A DNA stretch of 32,450 nt from Patellaria atrata CBS 101060 (taxonomy: Eukaryota). The stretch spans positions 731,462-763,911 of the forward strand of contig MU006093.1 of assembly GCA_010093705.1 (NCBI GenBank). Reading direction: 5' to 3'. Both the position numbers and the translations under genes were made by a program. Under the pieces are notes generated by a model that did not search any database, had not been told where the DNA came from, and saw nothing but the letters and a program-made list of their open reading frames with translations. This document shows positions 12,131 through 22,735 of the stretch, piece by piece; position 1 is the first letter of the stretch, and each line of letters begins with the position of its first letter.

Positions 12131-14380
12131 CTAAATATTCGATCCAGTTGTGGCAGTATAAATCATGAGCGTGTCATCTGATTCGTCTTCTCTATAATTC
12201 GCTCCTATGCTTTCTCTTGCTTCATTTGTAGGGGTTGGGATATCCGCCGTCTCTTCCTCTACATCAAGATGGCAGCATTCGTTTGAAGGTAAATGATTTA
12301 CAACCTGGTTTGCTCGAGGTCGCAACGAGGGGTTTTCATCCATCATTCCTAAAATCAGGTCCAGGATTTCCTGGTTCCGTTTTGGGGTTATCTTAAAGCC
12401 ATCGACTTTGCCGCTATGGGTCCGAAGTCTATCATTAATCCAGGTCCCAAGCTTATCAAGATTGTCGCCGTATCCCAGTCCTATACACTGCTGCATTTCC
12501 TCTCTCGAAAAACCTAATATCGTTGTCTGCATTTCAAGGAAAACGCATCCAAGGGAATATATATCAGATGATCTACCTCGTTTGTCCCAGGCCCAACCTT
12601 CTGGAGCTGCGTATCTACGTGTCATTAACCGGGTCCCTCCATTTGCTGTCATACTACTTGTCAAGTCTGAAAAGTCCAAACCGATTCCAAAATCTGTGAA
12701 ATACATGTGGGCATACTGTGCTCCTTTTTTAACCACGATGTTTTGTGGTTTTATGTCGTTGTGACGGACCATATTGTCATGCATGTATTCAACGGCGTGT
12801 GCCAAACAGGACATCGACCGCTTCAAAGAGAATCTGTTTCTGCGAGTTATCATTCGCTGAACAGGGTCCCGGGAGGGTAAACTGCACTCCCTCATAAAAT
12901 GGGCAAGATCGTATTCGCAGACTGGACTCATAAGAAAACTGAACGAAGCATGATTCGAATAGCTACCGACGACTTGGACAATATGAGGGTGTTGTAGAGT
13001 TCGCATTATGTTTACTTCTGCTTGAATCTGCTCGAAGAAGCTTCTTTTTGTCCTCTTAAAAAGCCGAATGGACTTCCTAGCTAAAAGCCTAGAGCCACAC
13101 ATGACAGCATCAACATATCCCATGCCGCCAGTTCCTAATACTGAGACGCTAGTAAGAGGGACTTCTTCCTCTGGGAGGTAATTGATGTGGAAGAGACCGC
13201 GCCCAGACCAATCAAACATTGGAGTGACTCGTGCAAGCATAACGGTATGATCATCAATATTTTCTCGGACAGTCATGTCCGCGATTCTGATCCGATCAAT
13301 CAAGCCATCATCGTACGGCCCTTGCTCCTGAAGATGCGGGTAATCATTTAACCCCGTCCACTCTTGAAACGTTGTTTGGTCTAATCGATGATCATCAAAG
13401 CAACATCCGCCGCAGCATTTTCCAAAGTACGTCGAATTGGTACGCAAGAAGAACGAGACAGCCTCTGCAGTAGGCCTATTCTGCGGTAACCTTGCAGTCA
13501 TTCCTCGGATCATATCAACGAAAGCATCTCGCTCTGTCAACCGCGGTGAGTTATCGAATGCAAGCTTTCGTAACTTCTGTGAATATTCCAGCTGTTCCTG
13601 GGTTAAATCAGCGCCATGAAAAGGGCTCGAACGATGTGCTCCATCCTGATCGCTCGGTTTTATGTGCACCCGACCTTGCAATGCCCAGAACATATCTTGA
13701 AAGACGAGACCTAAAGAAAATATGTCTTGCGAGGTCCCACGTGCGGTTTCATCGATGACCTCTGGTGCTGCGTATAATACCGACTTTCCCGTCATACCAG
13801 TCGAGAAACTATCCTCTTTGCCTTTGAAACTATTCGACAGACCGAAATCCGTTAGGATTGGATTTCCCTTGAGGAACAGTACATTGCTCGGTTTAATATC
13901 TTTGTGTTTGACAGCAATCCTTTTCGAGTGAAGGAAAGCAATAGCAGTTGCAAGACACCCGAAAGCTTCTTTCATACACGTTTCCCAGATAGCTCCTCTT
14001 TCAGCAAGCGAAGTGGCCATGAGCTCCTTCAGAGTGCATTCAGCAACTGGATGGAGAAGGAGATAAAACCTGCGGTTCAACGTATAACTCCCAACAAGCT
14101 GTATGATGTGCCTGTGGACGATATTTTCAAGAATCTCTGCCTCCCGCTTACATTCTTCGTTTAACACTTCAATGTGCATCCGTTTGCGTGCGAGAAGATG
14201 GTCTTTAACCTTGACTACTGTTACAGAAGCTTGTCCGCCTTCTCCTAGCTCATCATATCCTTGGAACGTAGCGGCCGTGCCTTCGAATTGCTCGCCGGGG
14301 CCATATTCGACGTGTTTATTTCCAGTGGATGACCATATGAAGTCTTGCGGAAGTCTAGTGGGTAACACCTTATTTTCCAT
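12131..14380 (-). CDS. Intronless tandem Ser/Thr protein kinase with two complete kinase domains, about 749 aa
   Basis: Domain 1: LGEGGQASV / LARK / HKDIKPSN / DFG / YAAPE / DIFSLG. Domain 2: LGTGGMGYV / LARK / HNDIKPQN / DFG / YAAPE / DIYSLG. First in-frame ATG at 14380; the ORF is open from 14470, so the start is somewhat uncertain. Confidence 0.9.
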   Translation of the reverse strand: MENKVLPTRLPQDFIWSSTGNKHVEYGPGEQFEGTAATFQGYDELGEGGQASVTVVKVKDHLLARKRMHIEVLNEECKREAEILENIVHRHIIQLVGSYTLNRRFYLLLHPVAECTLKELMATSLAERGAIWETCMKEAFGCLATAIAFLHSKRIAVKHKDIKPSNVLFLKGNPILTDFGLSNSFKGKEDSFSTGMTGKSVLYAAPEVIDETARGTSQDIFSLGLVFQDMFWALQGRVHIKPSDQDGAHRSSPFHGADLTQEQLEYSQKLRKLAFDNSPRLTERDAFVDMIRGMTARLPQNRPTAEAVSFFLRTNSTYFGKCCGGCCFDDHRLDQTTFQEWTGLNDYPHLQEQGPYDDGLIDRIRIADMTVRENIDDHTVMLARVTPMFDWSGRGLFHINYLPEEEVPLTSVSVLGTGGMGYVDAVMCGSRLLARKSIRLFKRTKRSFFEQIQAEVNIMRTLQHPHIVQVVGSYSNHASFSFLMSPVCEYDLAHFMRECSLPSRDPVQRMITRRNRFSLKRSMSCLAHAVEYMHDNMVRHNDIKPQNIVVKKGAQYAHMYFTDFGIGLDFSDLTSSMTANGGTRLMTRRYAAPEGWAWDKRGRSSDIYSLGCVFLEMQTTILGFSREEMQQCIGLGYGDNLDKLGTWINDRLRTHSGKVDGFKITPKRNQEILDLILGMMDENPSLRPRANQVVNHLPSNECCHLDVEEETADIPTPTNEARESIGANYREDESDDTLMIYTATTGSNI

Positions 14381-15107
14381 TATGGAAGCCGTGAAGATAT
14401 TTTCTGCTACAAGTCTTATTGAGTGAAAGGTAAGGCTCCTGACGGCCTCAATGAACTGGGAACATCCCAATTAATGAAAAGAAGAGGCAAGAACTTGCCA
14501 AACTGAAAGCTATTAGCAGTCTGAATACCCCGCTGATATGCACCCCACTTCTCCCAATAGGCCGCATTGCGAAGGCTGATGTTCAGCCTTGTTGAGTACC
14601 TCAGCCTTGCCGGAATGAATACATCCAATCACAGTATATCTGCAATACTGAAAAAATATCCCTGTAGGCAAGATCAGCACGTATAGCCTCGTTAGTCTCC
14701 ACTATCATTATATCTGAAGTATCACTTCCCTTGCCGTGGCATACCTGGTCTATTTTCAAGCTGTCTCTGACCACTGTACGGGAAAGAGGAAAACGTACTA
14801 GGAACTCATAGGCGTACATGCAACCATACCATACAGACCAGCGAAATATCGTTAATCTCAGTTCAGCCCGCTAGTACAGGATATGTCGATTAGGGGTATA
14901 GCGACTGAGATACGTACATTGTGACAGGGTAGTGAATATAACACAACTGAATTTTGAGTGTATACGGATAGCTCGTACGCCCTCATCATAATCGACAACT
15001 TAGAATATCTGGGTGAGAAAATATGTTTTCTCCAAACGCCTTCAATGCCAACCTTGATCATGTACTGTATCCCTGGAATCATTTTCTTCATGACTGTTGC
15101 TTTCAGA

Positions 15108-15457
15108 TCAATTCACCAGCCTATACACTCCTAACCCTACCAGTGTCGCCGAGATGGCCCCGATCCCAACCTGGCGGGGAAGCATCCCTATCCGCGATCT
15201 CGCGATCCGAGCGCTCTGTTGCCGCATCTGGTGTTGTGAGGAAAAGAAGGTGTAGAAGCCGAGACCCAAGAATGCAGTTGCGCCTAGATCTGCTCAGTAT
15301 GTATTCCTGTAATTGGAATTTCGAAGTTCGAGAAGGGAGTAGTACCGAGGACTCTGCATGGTGTACAATCATAGTCGCGCCGCTCTTGCTTGAGGAGTGT
15401 AGAAAGTTCGTCAGGCTTTTGCAGCTCGGCGAGGGTTGGAAGGCTATCTTTGGCCAT
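15108..15457 (-). CDS. DUF4536 / DMAC1-like small membrane protein (95 aa)
   Basis: Exons 15457-15346 and 15283-15108; intron GTACTA...CTGAG...TAG. Product MAKDSLP...DYDCTPCRVLGATAFLGLGFYTF...VGIGAISATLVGLGVYRLVN has a DCxxCR motif followed by two TM helices. Confidence 0.82.
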
Positions 15458-15724
15458 TGCGGGCAATAGGGAGGTGGATTTTTGAGCTGATGGTCCGAGG
15501 AGCGCTTTGACTATCGATGTCTGGATTATAACATATTGGAATGAACGTTTGATGTTGAAATTGAAGCTCAGAGCTAACCTCTGGAGAGGAAGTGTTCCGC
15601 CCCGCTCCGCTCCCATACCACCAAGGTCAACGTCTCTAGGTACCTCAGTGTTCTATAGGCTCGAAGAAGGCAAGCAAACTTGGTTTGGAGAGCCGAATGG
15701 GATTTTTTCAGGATCTTCTCGAAC

Positions 15725-17469
15725 ATGGGCGCGATAGAGGCGCTGTACATCTTTGATGAGCACAAGTATTTGACCTTCCGCCCCCTTCTATTTATATGCT
15801 ATAGCTAATATCGTCCGCTAGTAACTCAATCTTACAGCACACATACAATGGCCACCCGGCCTCCGCCAAAGTTCTCCTCCCTCTGTACCTCGCCCAACCC
15901 GCACCCCGACCTTCTCTAACCTACCTCCCTAACATAAACCCTGCCACTCTCCTCTTCTCCATAATCCAAGACCGCCTCCTCTTCCTCTGTCCAACCTCCA
16001 AAGATATCGAACCCCTCCTCGTCCTCGAATTTCTCCACCGTGTCGCCGATGTACTCGAAGATTTCCTCGGTTCGCCCCTTCTAGCTTCAAGGATCGAAGC
16101 TTCCTATGATGTCGTGGCTCAGTTGCTGGGCGAGATGTGTGACGCTAGCGCCATTGCTAACACCGAGCCCAACGCTCTACACGATCTCGTCGAGCCTCCT
16201 TCTAAGATAAACGAGCTGCTCAGGGGAGTCGGGTTACCTTCCTCCTCGCCCTCCCTTAACCCCTCAGGTTCGACCCCCTTCTCCCTGGGTAGTGGGCCCA
16301 GGCCTACAATACCGAGAGCCCCCCCGCCGACTCCAACGGTATTGTGGCGCAAGGCAAATGTCAGACATACAAGTAATGAACTATATGTCGATATAGTTGA
16401 AACCCTTTCTGTTCTCTCCGCACCCTCAGGCCGACCCCTTGCTGCTTTCGCTCACGGGACTATAGCTTTCACGGCCAAGGTATCAGGGGTGCCAAATCTG
16501 CTACTCAATCTCTCCGTGCCAGGGGGTATCCAGCATGTGCTCTCACTCCCAGTATTCCACCCTTGCGTAAGACTAGCACGCTGGCGCGAGAAGCCCGGTG
16601 AACTCTCCTTCATCCCTCCAGACGGACGCTTCGTGCTGGCCGGCTACGAAGTCGACCTACTAGGCCCAGACTACCTCGAAAACGCCACCAAGGCAGTAAG
16701 CGCAAAACCGCATCAGAAGCACAACGTCGCGCCCAATCTCAACCTTCCCGCGACAGCGGAGGTGCGCACAAATCTCGGTCATAGCGGTGCAGAATTCGAG
16801 GTCCGGCTCCTCCTCTCGAACTCTTTCACTTCTTCAGCTTCATCTAGTCTGGCTAGCTCACAGAGCTCCGCAGCGCGATCGGCCCCGAGACCAGCGTTTG
16901 GTATAGCTGCAGGGACCAGCGCGCAACCTACCGTTTCGGATATCACGGTCACGGTTCCGCTGCCGCCGGCTGTGAGAAATTTGAGCGATATCCGTGCGAA
17001 TAAAGGGGAGGCGCATTTTGCTCCTTCCGATGGGGCCGTGGAGTGGCGGATCGCGAGCAAGGACGTTGCCGTCCTCGCAGCGAGCGGGCATGGGGCCGGT
17101 GGGGCGGCTGTTGCAACACTAAGGTGTACCGTCGTTGGACCTCTGAATGATGATGAAGAGGGCATAGAGGAGATAGCTTGGGGAGAGACCTGGGAGTACC
17201 AGGATGATAAACCTTATCAGGCCCCTGGGGTGAAAGACGTAGGAGGGGATAAGGGAAGGGATACGAGAAGGATGGGGAAAAACAGGATGCTAATGCCGAG
17301 CGCAGCAAGGGTGAGCTTTCAGGTAAAAGGCTGGTTGGCGAGCGGGATCCGAGTTGAGAGGTTGATAGTTGATACACAGACGAGTAGGGGGTTGGGGGCT
17401 GGTGTTAAGCCGTATACAGGAGCAAAGTATTTGACGGTTAGTGAGGGAGGTGTGGAGGTAAGGTGTTAG
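15725..17469 (+). CDS. APM3: AP-3 adaptor complex mu subunit
   Basis: Exons 15725-15765 and 15822-17469; intron GTATTT...CTAAT...TAG. Longin N-terminus (IEALYIFDEH, EPLLVLEFLHRVADVLEDFLG) and mu-homology motifs NELYVDIVE, FHPCVRL, LSFIPPDGRFVL, SGIRVERL and KPYTGAKYLT. Confidence 0.92.
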
Positions 17470-17709
17470 AACTGGGTGATGCGAGGAATGGAAAGGTGTT
17501 TATATTTGAATGGCCAAGAACCTGATATCGAGAAATAAGCTACTTCACATCCAATCTCATGACGCCAACGGATATAATTGATGCACACAAAATGAATATA
17601 ATGCCGCTTGTTTCATTTCGACACCACAATCCCCACTTAACCTCTTTATCTTAACATATTTACACAAGCCTCACCCCATCTAAGCCGCCCCAGTATCCAA
17701 TTGCCTGGT

Positions 17710-18084
17710 TTACGAGTTCTGAAGATCTCTGATCGCCTGTGCTCTTTCCTCTTCGATCTTTTGGTAGAATGCGTCGCGTTGACGGACAGTTGGGACGTGA
17801 TAGCCGTACCACCAGCCGTAGCCAGCGCTGAGTCCGAGGCCTAGAGGGCAAGTGTCAGAAAAGTAAAGATTCCAGTAGAGAGTGTATTTGGGTTCCATGG
17901 AAGCGAGTTCCAAGGTATAATCCTATGGGGCTACAGGATTGGGTACGAACCGCCAGCGACTGCAAGGTCCATAACGAGACCGCGGCGGAGCATCTGCGAC
18001 GTGTTAGATCGAAGCTCGGAACGGCTTTTAGAGGCCAGGAGACGTCATTGGAGCACTTACGCCAGTGATGGGTTTGATGGGCAT
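17710..18084 (-). CDS. COX9: Cytochrome c oxidase subunit 9 (VIIa), 65 aa
   Basis: Exons 18084-18061, 17993-17951 and 17840-17710 give MPIKPITGMLRRGLVMDLAVAGGLGLSAGYGWWYGYHVPTVRQRDAFYQKIEEERAQAIRDLQNS. Introns are canonical. Confidence 0.93.
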
Positions 18085-18419
18085 TGTGAAAGAGTGTCTT
18101 GGATATGTTTGAGGGTTCAATGGGTTGAGTGGAGTGGTTCTGGTGGTGGAGTGATGCGTTGGGTCGTAGAGGTGAGGTCTGAATTTGAAGTTCGTCGGAT
18201 CCGGGCAGCTTCCACGAACGCCAAGGCTGAAGGGCCGCATTCTTCAACGTGCATGGTCTTGCGGCTTCCTAACAATACACCACCTCACTTTATTTAGTGC
18301 TGGCTATTGTCTTGTCACGAATTCTCGCTCTCATTTCCACGTAATTTCTGATGAGGGCTTACTACTGATAATATCTCTCTGGACCCTCGCCCTGGGAGCC
18401 GCTCAAATCTTGGAATGAT

Positions 18420-19610
18420 ATGGTAGGACTTCGATACGAGCCAGGAGCTCCCGCTGCGATGACCAACGGCACGCCGACAAAGCGATCTTTACCTGTGGAT
18501 GGATCTACTGAGGGTTATAATGGAGCTCCAAGCTCGAAACGACGGAGATTGGTCAAGCACGGAATCAAGCACAAGCAGAACTTCGAAGAAGACCCTACAG
18601 AGAGGCCACAAGATGAAGCTTTCTTCCAGTCGCAGCTCCTTCGCGCGCTTTCCCTCAACCTCTCTGCTGTGGGATTTGATGGCGCAAAGCCGTCTGCGCT
18701 CGAGATGTTTAGGGGCGCAGTTGAAGAGTGTATGGATCTTCTCAGCGTGGTCTGAGTATGGCTTCACTGACTCTACACAGATATGGCCTCTTTCCTCTCC
18801 GACGTCACCCGGTCCATGCATACATGTCGCAGAACGACTCCTCTCCCCCAAGACTTTATCCACGCGCTCGCAACCCGGGAAATCACTCCCTCCTCACTAT
18901 ATCCCCACCTCGAACTCCCATTGCCACCTAGTATAGTCCAGCCGACAATACCACCACCTCCTCCAACTGTTCCACCTCCAGATACGAGACGACTAGAAAC
19001 TGTTTTAGGTAACGATCTAAGCGGAAAGGCAGAAAAGTCAACAAAGAATTTCATCCCTACCCATTTCCCTGCATTTCCCCCAAAACATACTTTTCACGCA
19101 ACACCCGTGTTTGCGGCTCGCGAGACCGATCCGAGAAAGATCCGAGAGCTGGCGACGCAAGAGGGCATACTGGCCGAGCAAGCGCTGCGGAAGCTGATGG
19201 CGGCGCAGAAGAGTGGACTCCATGCACAGAGTAGCGAGAAGTTGGAGAAGGAGGGTAAGAGCAAGGAGTGGGAGCGAGGAGAGCAGATATGGGAGGCTGC
19301 CATGAAGTGTGTGATCAAAGAGGACGAGGAAGCGAAGAAAGCCGGAGGATGGATTGGAGCTGAGGATGAGGATGAAGTTGGGGATGCGCACGGAGAGCAA
19401 GAGGATCAGAATGGAGATTTGGTTATCGATTTTGGTGGGATGGAGGGGATGGATGATATGGATGATGTCCCTTTGGCGAAAAGACATGAAACGAAAAAGA
19501 AAAAGCCTGAAGATCAGGAGAGGGAGCTAGTTAAGGGGATGAGATGGGGAGAGGGTATTAGGGTCAATTATGAAAAGAGGTTTTGGAGAAAGAGTGCGCA
19601 GAAGGGATGA
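18420..19610 (+). CDS. TAF8: TFIID subunit 8 (bromodomain-associated histone fold plus TAF8 C-terminal domain)
   Basis: Exons 18420-18729 and 18781-19610; intron GTATGG...CTGAC...CAG. Motifs VGFDGAKPSALEMF, CRRTTPLPQDF, IPTHFPAFPPKHTF and KIRELATQEGILAEQALRKL. Start could alternatively be ATG 18459. Confidence 0.88.
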
Positions 19611-19895
19611 TAGAAACGGAAGATGAACTTTCTGTCTGATTTAATGATTGATTGTCTCTGGATAAGGACATTTGTAGGATATGTTTAGCGTGGAGTTGGG
19701 TGCATGCCATTTACAGGAGTTTTTGGCGTATTACTCCAAACGTGGGAAATGCTGCGTCGGGATTCAATGGTTAGAGCTTGCGTTGAGACTCATATACTCA
19801 AGTGTTAGAGTGATATCACAATTGATCGCTTTTATAAGTCCCACGTCGCAATAACATTGTGCGTGAACCCGAACCTTAAACCTGTCGCCCAAACA

Positions 19896-20255
19896 TCAAC
19901 TCTTCCCCACGCCCACTGCTAAATCTCCCTCCCAAGCCGTGGTCTCGACAGTCAATTTGCCGCACCTAACCAACATTAACAAGTTAAACGTCAACTCGTT
20001 TCGCAAAATTGGAATTTAAAGCGTGTGACTCAGCAAACCGAGCACCTACCGTCGAAATAACCGCACCACAGCTTCGCATATCACGACCGCGTTCGGGTTA
20101 TCTTTTTCCGCCAAGTCGCAGTTGTACTGCACTAACTCGAGTAATTTACATTCTGAGAGGGGGCCGGGCTGGGGTTTAAGGTATTTTCCGGTTGCGGAAT
20201 AGGGGAGCTTTTTAGGGAGATCGGAGGACGGGAAGGGTTCGAGTGGGGGAGCCAT
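19896..20255 (-). CDS. SOM1: Mitochondrial inner-membrane peptidase (IMP) subunit Som1, 91 aa
   Basis: Exons 20255-20050 and 19965-19896: MAPP...LSECKLLELVQYNC...VICEAVVRLFRRCGKLTVETTAWE, the characteristic Som1 pattern. Confidence 0.9.
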
Positions 20256-20368
20256 GTGTTGGGTTGATGGCAGTGAGTAAAGAGGGGTTTTTAAATGCTT
20301 GACGCGGAATCTAGAATAAGAGCTTGGGGCTATTTTAGAGTGTAGGATTGGAATTGGGGAAAAGCACG

Positions 20369-21715
20369 ATGAACGCGGAGGAGCTGGGAAGAAGATTGTT
20401 AGGTGAGGTTGAGGAAGCTGGGATGGAAGAGGTGAGTGCGGATTTGATAGTCATATTTCGCTATCTTCAGATACGATTACAACACATCAATGTCTCCTTC
20501 TAATCGTACAATATATCCCTCTGGCTCCTTTGTTATACGCTGAACGGATATCTCGTATAGATCCTCACCTCCCTGCGCTTCCTCGCCTCACCCTTCCCCC
20601 ATTCCTCCTTTGACATCCCCTCTCTCGACCGCCTTCTTGCATCTGCACAAGCTCCTCCTGGGCCTCAGGTTCAGCAAGCTCAAGCGCCAGGGCCCTGTAG
20701 CTCACCCACCCGTCCAAGCACCGTCATCATACCATCCCATTCTCTCCCGAAAACTAAAGCCAAACCTCCAATTATCGAACTCACCTCGACGGCCCCCGGT
20801 TCAGGGAAGACACAACTCCTGTACTTCATTACGGCACTCGCGACTCTCCCTCCACTTGCTCTGTCTGGGATCTCTCTGTATGGGAAGTCGGCTGCCGTGG
20901 TGGTGATCGATACCGATGGTCACTTTTCCGTCCCGCGGTTGGTAGAAGTTATGAAAGCGCATATATCGCGCTGTAAATCTTCCTCTCAGCCACATTCCCG
21001 CCCAGCCTCCTCCAGAAGTAATGAAGGAACTAGGTCTATCGGCCGCTTCGACATGATGAGAATGATAAAGGAAGCATTGACCCACGTCCACATCTTCCGC
21101 GTTACCTCACCATCATCCCTTCTCGCGACAATAGAGTCCCTATCAACATACCTCTTTGACACGAACGCACACCACTCCGGCAACCGCGCTGTCCATTCAA
21201 TAATTCTTGACAGCGTAACAGCATTCCACTACCTCCTTCCTCCGATTCAACCATCCCACACAACAAACGAGAGCACCCCCAAACTTACATCCGCACAGTT
21301 CTACCAGTCTGTCCTCTCTGCCCTTAAGACAGTACAACAAACGTTCTCCTGCAACATCCTGTATACATCCGTCTCCCTTCCTCCTGCAAGGCCGTCCAAC
21401 ACAACCAATTCTACACCCTCCCACATACCGGCTAATCTACCAAGGTCGCTGCTCCCGATTTCTTGGTACGCGTTCCCGACGCTCCGGCTCCTTTTAGCAA
21501 GAGAGAATGTGCCGCCTGTCGCGCCAGCGATGAGCGTGCAAGAGGCGCGGAGGGATAGAGATGCGAGGCAGAGTGTCGTAGAACGAGGTGGGTTTGGGAT
21601 GATAGCATTGAGTGCTGGGAGGGGGGAATTAGGGGAGAGCGTGGGATTTTACGTCAGGGGTGAGGAGGGTGTTGTGTTTGAGGAAGACGGAACGGAGGAA
21701 GCGGAGATTTCTTGA
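20369..21715 (+). CDS. Rad51 paralog, XRCC2-like DNA repair protein
   Basis: Exons 20369-20431 (MNAEELGRRLLGEVEEAGMEE) and 20561-21715; intron GTGAGT...TAG at 20432-20560. Walker A IIELTSTAPGSGKTQLL, VVVIDTDGHFSVPRL, and Walker B IILDSVTAF. Confidence 0.82.
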
Positions 21716-22735
21716 TGCACAGCTCATATCTTAGATGGATCTCGACGAGCTGACGAAGTGATCATACACAGGTCCTCGCGGCTGAGATTTGGGGTCATAT
21801 TAGACCTTTACCATTAGATTGTGAAATGTTTATCTCAATGCCGAATTCTGTGAGCTGGTATAGCTCAGGGATATAGCTCTTGTCGTACCTTATGTCCTGT
21901 GCCAACCAGGGATTTCCGTTATAAAGAGAGAGATAACAGTGAGCAAAAAAGGACCATAACATTGATACCAGGTCAATGCACCTTCAATGGTAGAAACCCC
22001 ACCCCGCACGATATGTCCATTTGAACTATCAATACCGGTACTAACAAAGTGACGAAACATATGCATAATAGGAGAGAGCATAAAGACAGAGGGAATATTG
22101 TACCATAGTGGAAAGTTGGAGCCGCAAATTACTGCACATCCTAGGTACATCAATACAGACGTCAAAGGAAAGAATCGTGGGTGCTCGCACATTGTGTATG
22201 AGAGGTGCGGGGTGGAATTTGGGGACGGATGAGAAATGGCTAATGGGTAATACATCCGAGACCTTTCTCCCCAGCGGAAGGTCGCGGCTTAAGTAAGATT
22301 CCCGGTATGGCCGGTTCCTATTCTTGGGTTGAGGGAGATTCCAATCTTTGCAAGATCAAAAGGATTCAGGCGGGTTGACGGTATGCATCGTCCTCAAGTC
22401 TTAAGAGAGAATCGCTGAAATAAGGAGTCGTGGGAGTGAGAACCGTTGGGGATCAGACGCGACGCGAATCCATGCACAACACCTAGAACTACTTTTGTAT
22501 TAGCGTCTGACGAACAGAGACATACGACAAGGCTTCCCCGGATTCTTGTATACATCATCGCATCTTTACTTGTTGTATATCGTTACTTACTTCTCTATTG
22601 TCATTATTCGTAGCTTTGACGTTGAAGATATGCATCTCCTGTATGGATGAGAGGTTAGAACCATCCGAAACGTAATATCACTGAGGAAGGGAACCTCAAC
22701 GACCTGATGGTGATTCCTGTAAACCTTCGGTGACG

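Noticed and set aside
17841..17950. Small hairpin (AATCCT...AGGATT) in the 110-nt COX9 intron 2 as a possible snoRNA or stwintron
   Set aside because: No C/D or H/ACA box arrangement and no nested splice-site set of workable length.
21890..22296. ORFs between the XRCC2-like gene and the TF
   Set aside because: No motifs and composition like non-coding DNA.
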